DNA of 64,000 nucleotides from the IMG/VR virus record IMGVR_UViG_3300044667_000075, positions 32,001-96,000 of that record, one strand, 5' to 3'. Shown here piece by piece: positions 56,092 through 63,852 of the stretch (position 1 is its first letter; every line of letters begins with the position of its first letter). The position numbers and the translations under genes are program-made. This DNA comes from a virus. Its lineage: Duplodnaviria > Caudoviricetes. The notes below the pieces were generated by a model. It did not search any database, had not been told where the DNA came from, and saw only the letters and a list, made by a program, of their open reading frames with translations.

Positions 56092-56344
56092 CGTGCCGGA
56101 GGCCGCCGTAGAGCCCGCCACCCAAGCCCTGCTCGCAGATTTCCCCGACGACCCGGAGTTCGCCCGGCATCTCGCCAGGACGGCACTGGAAGCCGCCGCC
56201 CCCGTCCTGGCTGAAGCATGGGGAGTGACCGAACGCGAGCAGATGCAGGAACTGATCCGGCAGAACAACCAGAACCTGCTCGCCGCGGCGTCCGAGTATT
56301 ACCGGCTGGCCTACCCGGAGACAGCGACGAAGGAGAAGCCGTGA
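56084..56344 (+). CDS. hypothetical protein
   Basis: ALEAAAP motif; coupled. Confidence 0.55.
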   Translation: MPDVPEAAVEPATQALLADFPDDPEFARHLARTALEAAAPVLAEAWGVTEREQMQELIRQNNQNLLAAASEYYRLAYPETATKEKP

Positions 56345-56565
56345 GCGAACCCGACCTGACCGCTGAACTGGACGCCGCCGAGGACATAGTGATGGGCCGC
56401 GTTGACGCCGTGGTGACCGAGTGGGGAGTCCGCTACGAGAACCACGACCTTCCCTACGGCACCAGCCACCTGTCCGAGCAGATGGCCCGCCGTGACGCCC
56501 GCACCGATCAGGCGGTAGTCATCCGCCGCACGGTGACCTACAGCCCGTGGGAGGAAACCGAGTGA
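56341..56565 (+). CDS. hypothetical protein
   Basis: EWGVR...RRTV..SPW. Confidence 0.6.
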   Translation: MSEPDLTAELDAAEDIVMGRVDAVVTEWGVRYENHDLPYGTSHLSEQMARRDARTDQAVVIRRTVTYSPWEETE

Positions 56566-56873
56566 GCACCGACCGCCCGCGCTACCGGTACAAGTTCGGG
56601 CATCCCGTCCCGCTCTGCGAGACCTGCGGGGCGGATGTGTACCCGGAGCGAGAGTGCCCGCGCTGCCAGTTCCCCCGGTTCACGATGCTCGGCGGCATGC
56701 GGATGCTCGCCCGCGGGCTGCTGCTCCACCAGGGCTATGACCCGGACGCCTATCCCGATCTCGTCGCTGAGCTTGAGGACACGATCGGCGAGGAACTGCT
56801 GGACATCGGCAGGGAGACGCTTGCCGAACACCACATGGCGATACTTGGCCCGCTGGAGGTGTCTGATGCCTGA
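56562..56873 (+). CDS. Zn-finger hypothetical protein
   Basis: CETC...CPRC. Confidence 0.6.
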   Translation: MSTDRPRYRYKFGHPVPLCETCGADVYPERECPRCQFPRFTMLGGMRMLARGLLLHQGYDPDAYPDLVAELEDTIGEELLDIGRETLAEHHMAILGPLEVSDA

Positions 56874-57192
56874 CATCCACGCACTGACCTTCAACGCCAT
56901 CACCTGCGCGCTCTCCGAGGCTGGCCGGTTCGTCAAACTCAGCGAGCGGGAAGCCATCGCCGCGGCAGTCGAGGCGGCCATTGAGCCCGAGATCCGCAGC
57001 GACGAGCAGCAGCGGATCGCAGCCGAGATCCTCGCGTTCAAGACGCCCTGCCCGGTTCACGGGGACACGCTGATCGCCGTCACGGGGATGCCGTGCTGGC
57101 ATTGCAGCTACAACGCGGCGCTCCACAAGGCGGCGAGGGTGGCGTACGGACAGCCGTGGCCAGCGGAACTCCCGGAGGTGCCCGGTGCCTGA
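56866..57192 (+). CDS. hypothetical protein
   Basis: RBS GGAGGT. Confidence 0.6.
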   Translation: MPDIHALTFNAITCALSEAGRFVKLSEREAIAAAVEAAIEPEIRSDEQQRIAAEILAFKTPCPVHGDTLIAVTGMPCWHCSYNAALHKAARVAYGQPWPAELPEVPGA

Positions 57193-57427
57193 CCTGTGGC
57201 ATCCGACCGTGCCCGGATTCGACTGCCTGTCCCGCGGCCACATCTGGGTAGAGCAGCACGTCGGCCACGCCTACGGCTCCTGGTGCCTGTGGTGCGGGAG
57301 CGGCGTGACCAACGAGCACGAACCGGAAGCGATCCCCGACTGGCGGCAGGTGTACGGATCCGACTGGGAGCCGACGCGTTGCGACTTCCCGCCATGCCGT
57401 CTGTGCTTCCCGGAGGCGACCGAGTGA
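57185..57427 (+). CDS. Cys-rich hypothetical protein
   Basis: C..RGH.W...CLWC. Confidence 0.55.
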   Translation: MPDLWHPTVPGFDCLSRGHIWVEQHVGHAYGSWCLWCGSGVTNEHEPEAIPDWRQVYGSDWEPTRCDFPPCRLCFPEATE

Positions 57428-57597
57428 GCACTGAGACCCGCGACGAGCTGGAGCAGTACATAGCCGAAGCAGGGGAGCCCTTCCGCCGTCTGCTGATCTG
57501 GCTGGACCGGGGAAGGCCCGGCAGGCTCTGCATCAACGGCAGGGAGTACCGGCGCAGGCTGAAGGCGAGACGGCGCCGGAAGCGTGTCGGTGCTTGA
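57424..57597 (+). CDS. small basic protein
   Basis: INGREYRRRLKARRRR. Confidence 0.55.
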   Translation: MSTETRDELEQYIAEAGEPFRRLLIWLDRGRPGRLCINGREYRRRLKARRRRKRVGA

Positions 57598-57624
57598 CAG
57601 AGGCTCCTCAACTTGAGGAATGCT
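57594..57624 (+). promoter_or_regulatory. promoter with operator palindrome
   Basis: TTGACA then TCCTCAA-C-TTGAGGA; weak -10 box. Confidence 0.5.
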
Positions 57625-57689
57625 GATCTGTAACGTCCCCGGAGAAGAGTCCGGTCCGCGGGCTCCCAGCCAGAAGGGACGTACCCGAA

Positions 57690-57791
57690 GTGAGCAGCAA
57701 GACAATCGCCATCCTGAACCTGCTCCTCGCAGCCGCAGGCGTGGTGATCGGCTACCTGCAGCTCCAGGCCGCACGCCAGCAGGTAGCCTGA
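57690..57791 (+). CDS. 33-aa single-TM peptide, type I toxin-like (not in track)
   Basis: MSSKTIAILNLLLAAAGVVIGYLQLQAARQQVA; SD GAAGGGA within an ACGTCCC/GGGACGT stem. Confidence 0.65.
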   Translation: MSSKTIAILNLLLAAAGVVIGYLQLQAARQQVA

Positions 57792-57808
57792 CAACAGGAT
57801 CCCCGTTA

Positions 57809-58100
57809 GGGGTGACCGTCCGAGCGGTGGGGCATTGCCCGTAAGGGCGAGCTTGCCGGTGCTCCGAGACCGGCCCGCGAGGTCACCCCGCCAACAGAAG
57901 CGGAGCCCGGCAGTACCCGCGCCCATTCTCAACGGGGCACGGTGGCAGCCGGGCTCCGCACGCCAGCTAGCATGTAACTGCGGACGTCCTAGGCTAGGCC
58001 AAGGTTCCGGTTCCGCTGCGAGGCAGGCCGCGGGGACAACGCTTGATCCGCTGCCGGGTCCTTTCCGGGATTGACCGGACTGACGCTCCCCGGGCCTGCC
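57809..58100. ncRNA. structured RNA region downstream of the peptide
   Basis: stems 57809-57817/57881-57889 and 57900-57911/57948-57959, plus a third long stem. Confidence 0.45.
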
Positions 58101-58213
58101 GCCCGCATTCAGCCCCCCACGCGGGGCCGTGGAGCTCAAGACAGGCACGGGCCATCAGTCAGCGTCGGACTCAGACGACCTCGCGAGCAGCGCGGCCAGC
58201 TTGTAGACAGGGC

Positions 58214-58549
58214 TCATAGCTCGTCTTCTCGGCCGGTGGCCATGAGGTTGATCGCCAGGGCCATGCGGCGTGCATCCAACTGGCCGCCGTACCAGCGTTC
58301 GGTGATCACGTCGTTCGGCTGTGTCAGCACGTCATAGACGAATCGCTGCTCAAGAGTCTCCATGCCTTCGCGATGCCAGTAGCTCCGCACGGTCTCGAAC
58401 GGATCCGAGTGGCCGAGGTTGGAGGAGATGGCGCCGAGCTGGATCAGCACCTCACCCAGCCTGAAAGGGTCGAGGCGAAACACCGGCATGTGATGGTCTG
58501 GCGCTACAGCCATGGAGGACGGTTCAGGCTGGCAGGTCATGTCGGTCAC
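58214..58549 (-). CDS. hypothetical protein
   Basis: GTGA-coupled to recombinase. Confidence 0.55.
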   Translation of the reverse strand: MTDMTCQPEPSSMAVAPDHHMPVFRLDPFRLGEVLIQLGAISSNLGHSDPFETVRSYWHREGMETLEQRFVYDVLTQPNDVITERWYGGQLDARRMALAINLMATGREDEL

Positions 58550-59607
58550 AGGCCGACTCCTCTCATCGGGTGGTTCTTCCATTTGTCGACGGCCCGGACG
58601 TAGCCGAGCACGACGGGGGAGTTCTCGGCCCACCGTCCGTGCCCGGCGATACCGGAGACTGGTGCCCCGGTCGCGTAGGCGGCGGACGCTCCGCCGCTGC
58701 GCAGTGAGTGGCCCTTGTACTTGGAGGCGTTTTCCAGCCCGGCGGCGAGCGCGCGGCGGCGGATGATCTCGGCGACGGAGTGACCGGTCAGCCGGTCGCC
58801 TCCCTTGCCTGCCGCTTTCGGCTCGTTGCCGATCCGGCCGTGCCGGTCGACGGGACGGAACAGGGCGCCGGACGTGATGCCACGGTCGGCCAGGAGCGCG
58901 ATCCATGCTTGCGTGGCGCGGACGGGGCATGTCTCGGGGTGCTGGCCGTTCAGGACCGGCACCTCTTGCCCCTTGGCTTCCTGGTCGGTCTTGGACTGTC
59001 GGATGGTGACGTCGAGTCCTTCCTGGCCGGGCCGAATGTCGGCGATGTCCAGCGCGGCGAGCTCGGAGCGGCGGGCCATCAGGGCGAAGCCGAGCAGCAG
59101 GAGCGCCCGGTCCCGGACACCGATCGGGGTGGCCGGGTCGCAGGTGTCCACCATGGCGCGGAGGGCGTCGATCATGACGGGGGGTGCTTTGCGGACCCGG
59201 TTGCCTGCCTTGACCCACTGGCGGCGGTAGGCGCGGAGGACCCGGCGGGATGGCTTGATGCCGGGCTGGTCCTCGTAGCCGCGTTCGGCGTGGATGGCAC
59301 GGATGGAACCCATGGCCCGGTCGATGCTCGCGGGTGCGGCGGGCTTGGGTTTCTCCATCATCCAGGTCACGTAGTCGAGGAGCGTCTGGGCGGTGGCGGG
59401 GAGCGCGACCCGGCCGTGCTGCTCGCACCATGTGGTGAAGTTGCCCCAGTCGTAGCCGTGGGCGAGGAGGGTGTTCTCGGCGGGGGCGGCGAGGAGCCGT
59501 TCGGCGGCGGCGGCGCTGATGGTGAAGTCGGCGTCGGTGTACCCGGCCGGGGCTGGCTCTGCCGGGCGGATGACGACCGGTCGCGCGGCCGGTACGAGTT
59601 CGCTCAT
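58546..59607 (-). CDS. Cre-like tyrosine recombinase/resolvase
   Basis: RDRALLL.G...RRSEL, SKTDQ, GHSLRSG, HGRW, GY; no arm-binding N-domain. Confidence 0.92.
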   Translation of the reverse strand: MSELVPAARPVVIRPAEPAPAGYTDADFTISAAAAERLLAAPAENTLLAHGYDWGNFTTWCEQHGRVALPATAQTLLDYVTWMMEKPKPAAPASIDRAMGSIRAIHAERGYEDQPGIKPSRRVLRAYRRQWVKAGNRVRKAPPVMIDALRAMVDTCDPATPIGVRDRALLLLGFALMARRSELAALDIADIRPGQEGLDVTIRQSKTDQEAKGQEVPVLNGQHPETCPVRATQAWIALLADRGITSGALFRPVDRHGRIGNEPKAAGKGGDRLTGHSVAEIIRRRALAAGLENASKYKGHSLRSGGASAAYATGAPVSGIAGHGRWAENSPVVLGYVRAVDKWKNHPMRGVGL

Positions 59608-60350
59608 GTCGCCGCCTTGCTGCATGGCCTCTCGGCGAGCAGGCTGGTCCCGTCGCATCCGCAGTGTCGGCAGATCGGCCTCCCTTCTTCCGGGTACTCG
59701 TGGCCGAACTGGTTGAGCGACGGCACCTCTGTGCCGATGACCAGCCAGCCCCCGTGGACGCGCCGTCTGCCGTCCCCATCGGCTGCGAAGATGCCCGGAT
59801 CCGGGCAGGGGAAGCCGTCCGGCACATCCCAGGTCTTGCGGTAACGACCCTCGCCGCGGCAGCGCGGGCAGTTCCACCACCGGCACCACTGGCCGTCGAC
59901 CGACTTTTCCAGCGGCCCGTCGGGGTGCTTGCCGCACTGGATCGAGTCCTCGTGCAGAAAGTCCTCTTCCATGTAGTCGGCGTTGTCCAGGTCAATATGC
60001 CCGTCTGCCATAAGCGGGCCGTGGACGAGCACCCCCGCCCAGACGATCAGGTTGTCGCCGTGACCGCATTCGGCGCAGCGGTAGATGCCGACCTCGTGAG
60101 GCCATGCCTTCGCGCACGCGGCCCGGCCGCAGCGGAGCGCCGGAACAACGGAGACTGGCGGGCAGGCCCGGTCGAGGATAAGCGGGGCACCACTGCACGC
60201 CGCGCCACCATCCGGCGCGACGATGTGATAGCAGCGCCCGCGGCCCGGCTTGTTGAAGAGACTGGCGTCCCGCCAGGCCGCCATCCCGGCTTGCGGGACG
60301 CGCTCGCCGTCTGATGCGACCGGACGGTTCCGGTAGATGCGCTGCGCCAT
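59604..60350 (-). CDS. multi-Zn-finger hypothetical protein
   Basis: many CxxC motifs. Confidence 0.6.
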   Translation of the reverse strand: MAQRIYRNRPVASDGERVPQAGMAAWRDASLFNKPGRGRCYHIVAPDGGAACSGAPLILDRACPPVSVVPALRCGRAACAKAWPHEVGIYRCAECGHGDNLIVWAGVLVHGPLMADGHIDLDNADYMEEDFLHEDSIQCGKHPDGPLEKSVDGQWCRWWNCPRCRGEGRYRKTWDVPDGFPCPDPGIFAADGDGRRRVHGGWLVIGTEVPSLNQFGHEYPEEGRPICRHCGCDGTSLLAERPCSKAAT

Positions 60351-60363
60351 CCGCGCCTCCGAG

Positions 60364-60399
60364 TCTGGGTTTCGTTAAGCTCACTTATCACAACCCAGA
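60364..60399. other. lox/res-like recombination core site
   Basis: TCTGGGTTTCGTTAA-GCTCAC-TTATCACAACCCAGA, upstream of the recombinase operon. Confidence 0.6.
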
Positions 60400-60490
60400 A
60401 TACCAGGTGACGGGCCTGTGATCCTGCCGCCTCGCCGCCGTGATGCGAGCCTCACGTACCGCTTACCTACGCTCACGTAACCTGAGCCTC

Positions 60491-60778
60491 ATGGACAGCA
60501 GCGACCTCGCGCTCATCTCTGCTGTCCGCCGTGCCCTCCGTGACGGCTCTGCCCGTGCTGCCCGTGAGGCGGCCGGGGTGACGCAGAAGGAGATGGCTGC
60601 GGTGGTCGGCTGCGTGCCGTCGGCGATCAGCCAGTACGAGTCCCTTGACCCGGTGACTGGTCGGCCGTTCAGGGTGCCGGGGACGGAGAAGGCGCTGGCG
60701 TACGGTCGGGAGCTCGTTGCGCTGGGATGGCAGGTGCCGGAGCCGCGCGGCGCGTCGCCCCGCCCGTCCCCTATGTAG
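60491..60778 (+). CDS. XRE HTH protein
   Basis: REAAGVTQKEMAAVVG...SAISQYE. Confidence 0.8.
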   Translation: MDSSDLALISAVRRALRDGSARAAREAAGVTQKEMAAVVGCVPSAISQYESLDPVTGRPFRVPGTEKALAYGRELVALGWQVPEPRGASPRPSPM

Positions 60779-60797
60779 CTATGCTAAACTAGCTTGT

Positions 60798-61097
60798 GTG
60801 CAGGACATTGAGCTGACCCTCAAAATGGCCCGGCTGCTGAACCCGTTCCTCGCTGACCCGGCCCGTCCCCGGTACGGGATGGAACTCATGCAGGCGACGG
60901 AACTGCCCAGCGGGAGCTTGTACCCGATGCTGGCCAAGTTCACCCAGGCGGGGTGGCTTACCCGCACCAAGGAAGACATCGACCCGAGGGCTGAGGGCAG
61001 GCCGCGCCGGTACCTGTACACGCTGACCGCTGAGGCGCTGCCGGTTGCACGGGAACGGCTGGCCGCCATCGGCGCCGAGTTTGGAGGGGGATCGTGA
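60798..61097 (+). CDS. PadR-family regulator
   Basis: YGMELM..T.L.SGSLYPML......GWL...GRPRRY.Y.LT. Confidence 0.88.
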   Translation: MQDIELTLKMARLLNPFLADPARPRYGMELMQATELPSGSLYPMLAKFTQAGWLTRTKEDIDPRAEGRPRRYLYTLTAEALPVARERLAAIGAEFGGGS

Positions 61098-61471
61098 CCG
61101 AGACCGCCGACCTGGCATGGCAGAAGTACCTAGCCGCCGTCGATGCCACGCCGGATGCGCTGGCGGGTAAGCGCTACCACCAGTGGGTAGACGCGGGTCG
61201 GCCGCCGCTCCACGTCGAGGATGGCGCCACGTGCGGCTACGGCGTTGAGACCGGCGAGACCGTGGCCCTGGTGGAGGGCGACGCCCCGACCTACGAGGAT
61301 TGCGGGAAGCCGTCCCGGTTCGTCGTGGAGCGCTCCGACGGTGATGAGTCGTTCGGGCTGCTGGGGGGCGGCGAGGAGTCGTGTGAGGAGCACCTGGCCG
61401 AGACGGTCGCGGGGATGATCGGCGGCGATGAGGTACGCGCGGTTGTCTCGATCCGGTGGGACAAGCCATGA
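61094..61471 (+). CDS. hypothetical protein
   Basis: GTGA overlap. Confidence 0.6.
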   Translation: MTETADLAWQKYLAAVDATPDALAGKRYHQWVDAGRPPLHVEDGATCGYGVETGETVALVEGDAPTYEDCGKPSRFVVERSDGDESFGLLGGGEESCEEHLAETVAGMIGGDEVRAVVSIRWDKP

Positions 61472-61638
61472 GCGAGATCGTCCACCACTGCCCGCTAGAC
61501 GGCTGCGGGGTTACCCCCTGCTGCGGGATGACGCCGTTCGAGCTCCCCCGTACCGACCGGATGACCTCGGACCCGTCGCTGGTGACATGCCACTCGCGGC
61601 TGACCGTGCCTGACGAGCCCGCCGGAGGGACGCCATGA
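61468..61638 (+). CDS. small Cys-rich protein
   Basis: H.CP...TPCCG.TPFELP..D.MT.DP..VTC. Confidence 0.6.
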   Translation: MSEIVHHCPLDGCGVTPCCGMTPFELPRTDRMTSDPSLVTCHSRLTVPDEPAGGTP

Positions 61639-61823
61639 CCGGCAACGTCTACCTTGATCCCGGTTCCCGCCAGTCGGGCCGTTTCGACCCTCCCCGCCGC
61701 TGCATGGTCCTGACCCGCTGGGGTCCGGGTGGCGGTCCCCGGAACGTCGCCGTCCGCTATGAGGATGACGGCAGCGAGGCCGTGGTCCCGTTCCCGCGAC
61801 GGCTGCGGAAGGAGCGCTCATGA
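61635..61823 (+). CDS. hypothetical protein
   Basis: GPRNV.V..EDG..VVP. Confidence 0.6.
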   Translation: MTGNVYLDPGSRQSGRFDPPRRCMVLTRWGPGGGPRNVAVRYEDDGSEAVVPFPRRLRKERS

Positions 61824-62218
61824 GCGACCGCCACATGCACATCACCGGGTTCCTCCACCCGCACGCGGACGGCGTGGACCGGTTCATAGAGACAGCCTCA
61901 CGCATGGACTTCTTCGCCGAGGTGTACCCAGTCCGCCGCGCTGACGGGACGGTGATCGCGGTCGCGTTCCTCAGCAAGGACCTGGACGGCATCAGCGACG
62001 AGCTGGGCATGCCGGAGGTGTGCGAGAAGCTGTCGGGGATCTTGGATGAGGACATCGTGATCGCGTCGGCGTGGCAGCATCCCCAGCGGGAGGCGTCGTC
62101 GTTCGCCCGAAAGTACGACGAGCGTGAGAGCGTCTGGCTGGTGCGCGGCCGGGACCGGGCAGTTCCCGGGGAAGTCGTCAGCGGGAATCGCGAACTGGAG
62201 GTGGCCGATGGGGGCTGA
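61820..62218 (+). CDS. hypothetical protein
   Basis: ATGA overlap. Confidence 0.6.
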   Translation: MSDRHMHITGFLHPHADGVDRFIETASRMDFFAEVYPVRRADGTVIAVAFLSKDLDGISDELGMPEVCEKLSGILDEDIVIASAWQHPQREASSFARKYDERESVWLVRGRDRAVPGEVVSGNRELEVADGG

Positions 62219-62411
62219 TCTTAGCTGGGGGCATGTCCCGGAGCCGGAGGAGACCGCTGCGATCAGGCGGCTCAATGCCGTGAAGGCGGCCAAGTGGGAC
62301 AGGATCGCGGCGGCGTGGGAAAGGTACTGCACCGGGGGTGCGGGTGCTTTCGACTGGGACTATGACAGCCGGGACCTGATGCGCGAGCTGACCGCAGGGG
62401 ATCAGCCGTGA
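62208..62411 (+). CDS. hypothetical protein
   Basis: RBS GGAGGT. Confidence 0.55.
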   Translation: MGADLSWGHVPEPEETAAIRRLNAVKAAKWDRIAAAWERYCTGGAGAFDWDYDSRDLMRELTAGDQP

Positions 62412-62472
62412 GCCTGTTCTGGAGCGAGCACGACACCTGGGAGCCGCAGGGCGGCCAGCGGAAGGCGCCGAT

Positions 62473-62685
62473 GTGACGAGCACCAGGACCGACCTGATCC
62501 TCGGCACTGTCACGGCCCTGGTTGACCGGCTCCTGATCGTGGACCGCGAGAACGACGACGAACTGCCGCCGGGCGCGATCGAGCAGGCCCTCATCCACGG
62601 CGAGGTCACCGTGGAGTGGATGGCTGCCCGGTTCAAGCAGGAACTCGGGGCGCGGCTGGAGGAAGCGACGGGGCTGACCGGGTGA
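62473..62685 (+). CDS. hypothetical protein
   Basis: DRE.DDELP.GAIE.A..GE.TV. Confidence 0.6.
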   Translation: MTSTRTDLILGTVTALVDRLLIVDRENDDELPPGAIEQALIHGEVTVEWMAARFKQELGARLEEATGLTG

Positions 62686-62746
62686 GTCGCGCTGACTGCG
62701 TGCTCGTTGCCGGCCTAGACTTACTCCCCGTGAGGGGGGCACGCTG

Positions 62747-62992
62747 ATGGGCCGGGGCCGTGGTGGTCCGCGCGGACGAGGACCGAGCATCCTTGACCCC
62801 TGGAAGGACGCCCTTGAGGCGGAGGTCGCGGCGGACGAGGGCAGGGTCCCGAGGTCTGCGAAGGTGATAGCCGAGCAGGTCGGCGTGACCGGCGTGTCCT
62901 CCGACACGGTGGCACGGTACGTGGGCGGGTTGCGGCGGGCGCAGCGGGCCCGCGTCAGGGCGGAAGCCCGCAGCGAGGACACCTACCTATGA
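62747..62992 (+). CDS. small HTH protein
   Basis: SILDPWK...SAKVIAEQ.G..G.S.DTVARYV, like the IS21-type transposase N-terminal HTH. Confidence 0.55.
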   Translation: MGRGRGGPRGRGPSILDPWKDALEAEVAADEGRVPRSAKVIAEQVGVTGVSSDTVARYVGGLRRAQRARVRAEARSEDTYL

Positions 62993-63454
62993 GGCTGGCC
63001 CGCGCTCTGGCTGCTCGTCGAGCCCGTGATCAAGCAGAGTGATCGCGGCGGCGTTGAGCGTCAAGCCGCGGTCCCGTGCATACACAGCAAGGCGATTCTT
63101 CAGCGACGGGACAACGCGCGGAGTGATGGTGACCGTCTGGAGAGAAGTCTTCGTAGCAAGCCCGCGCGTCGGCCCAAGATCCTCAACGGCGCACGGCTCG
63201 CAATCCGGGCAGCGGCCCGCGTAGGCAACCAGCGCCGCAAGGGTGAGCGGTGGCGTGATGGTCGACTTCCTGAGCGATGCCCGCCGGTCGATGAAGGCCA
63301 TGAGCGTGTTGCACCGTGGGCAGAGCACGCCACGAACCCATCCGTGCGCATGGCAGTGGTCGGTTCTCGGCAGAGGTGACGGGTCGGCGCAGAGTTCGCA
63401 AGGCGTTCCGGGTTCGGCCACGGTGTGCTCGCCATAGCGGACGGGCGTCGTCAC
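62987..63454 (-). CDS. endonuclease VII domain fused to a RHH/HicB-like domain
   Basis: CELC..DHCH..G.VRGVLCPRCN; TITPRVVPSLKNRL..YARDRGLTLN. Confidence 0.75.
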   Translation of the reverse strand: MTTPVRYGEHTVAEPGTPCELCADPSPLPRTDHCHAHGWVRGVLCPRCNTLMAFIDRRASLRKSTITPPLTLAALVAYAGRCPDCEPCAVEDLGPTRGLATKTSLQTVTITPRVVPSLKNRLAVYARDRGLTLNAAAITLLDHGLDEQPERGPAS

Positions 63455-63654
63455 GAGCCCTCCCCGGATGTAAGCGCGGATACCAGTTCGTCTTGGTGTC
63501 GCATGGCGACGTGGATCGCCCTGACGAGCACGTCAGACATTGACAGCCGACGCCCGACCGGGGTGGTCAGGTCCAGGGTCGCTTGCCTCAACTCATCCCG
63601 AGCGGCAAGCGTGAGATTGACGGACACGAAGGCGGTCCGTCTTGGAGTACTCAT
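63451..63654 (-). CDS. ribbon-helix-helix-like protein
   Basis: FVSVNLT..ARDELR...RRLSMSDVL; TACAAT -10 box just upstream (leaderless). Confidence 0.65.
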   Translation of the reverse strand: MSTPRRTAFVSVNLTLAARDELRQATLDLTTPVGRRLSMSDVLVRAIHVAMRHQDELVSALTSGEGS

Positions 63655-63678
63655 GTCCGCTATTGTAGCGGACAGTGT

Positions 63679-63707
63679 TTGACAGTGCCATGATGCTATG
63701 GCAAACT
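63679..63707 (+). promoter_or_regulatory. promoter for ncRNA pair, with operator repeats
   Basis: TTGACA-17-CAAACT; TGCCAT-N6-ATGGCA; GACAGTG x2; TATGGCAA x2. Confidence 0.6.
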
Positions 63708-63754
63708 TATGGCAACGGGAAGCGGCGATCCTGTACCGTGACCCGGAGAGCGTC

Positions 63755-63836
63755 ACCCCTCCCCGGTGCGCAGGCTGCGGCTACTTCACATTTGGGATGC
63801 GATCCGTACCGCTGCCGACCCGATCTCGGGGAGGGT
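63755..63836 (+). ncRNA. Y-RNA-like ncRNA 1 (no tRNA module)
   Basis: terminal stem CCCTCCCCG/CGGGGAGGG; motifs GTGCGCAGG and GCCGACCCGATCT shared with unit 2. Confidence 0.6.
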
Positions 63837-63852
63837 TCACAACTGAATGCTT

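Noticed and set aside
58546-59607. classical prophage integrase with attL/attR boundary
   Set aside because: No arm-binding domain, no tRNA-derived att core and no host housekeeping genes on either side; a resolvase role fits better.
58214-59995. 593-aa ORF and other long alternative or antisense ORFs (e.g. 13213-14625, 14953-16263, 49876-51108)
   Set aside because: Arg/Pro/Gly-rich shadows of real genes, typical of high-GC DNA.
62747-62992. IS21-family insertion sequence
   Set aside because: Only a short HTH-like segment; no DDE domain, helper ATPase or terminal inverted repeats.
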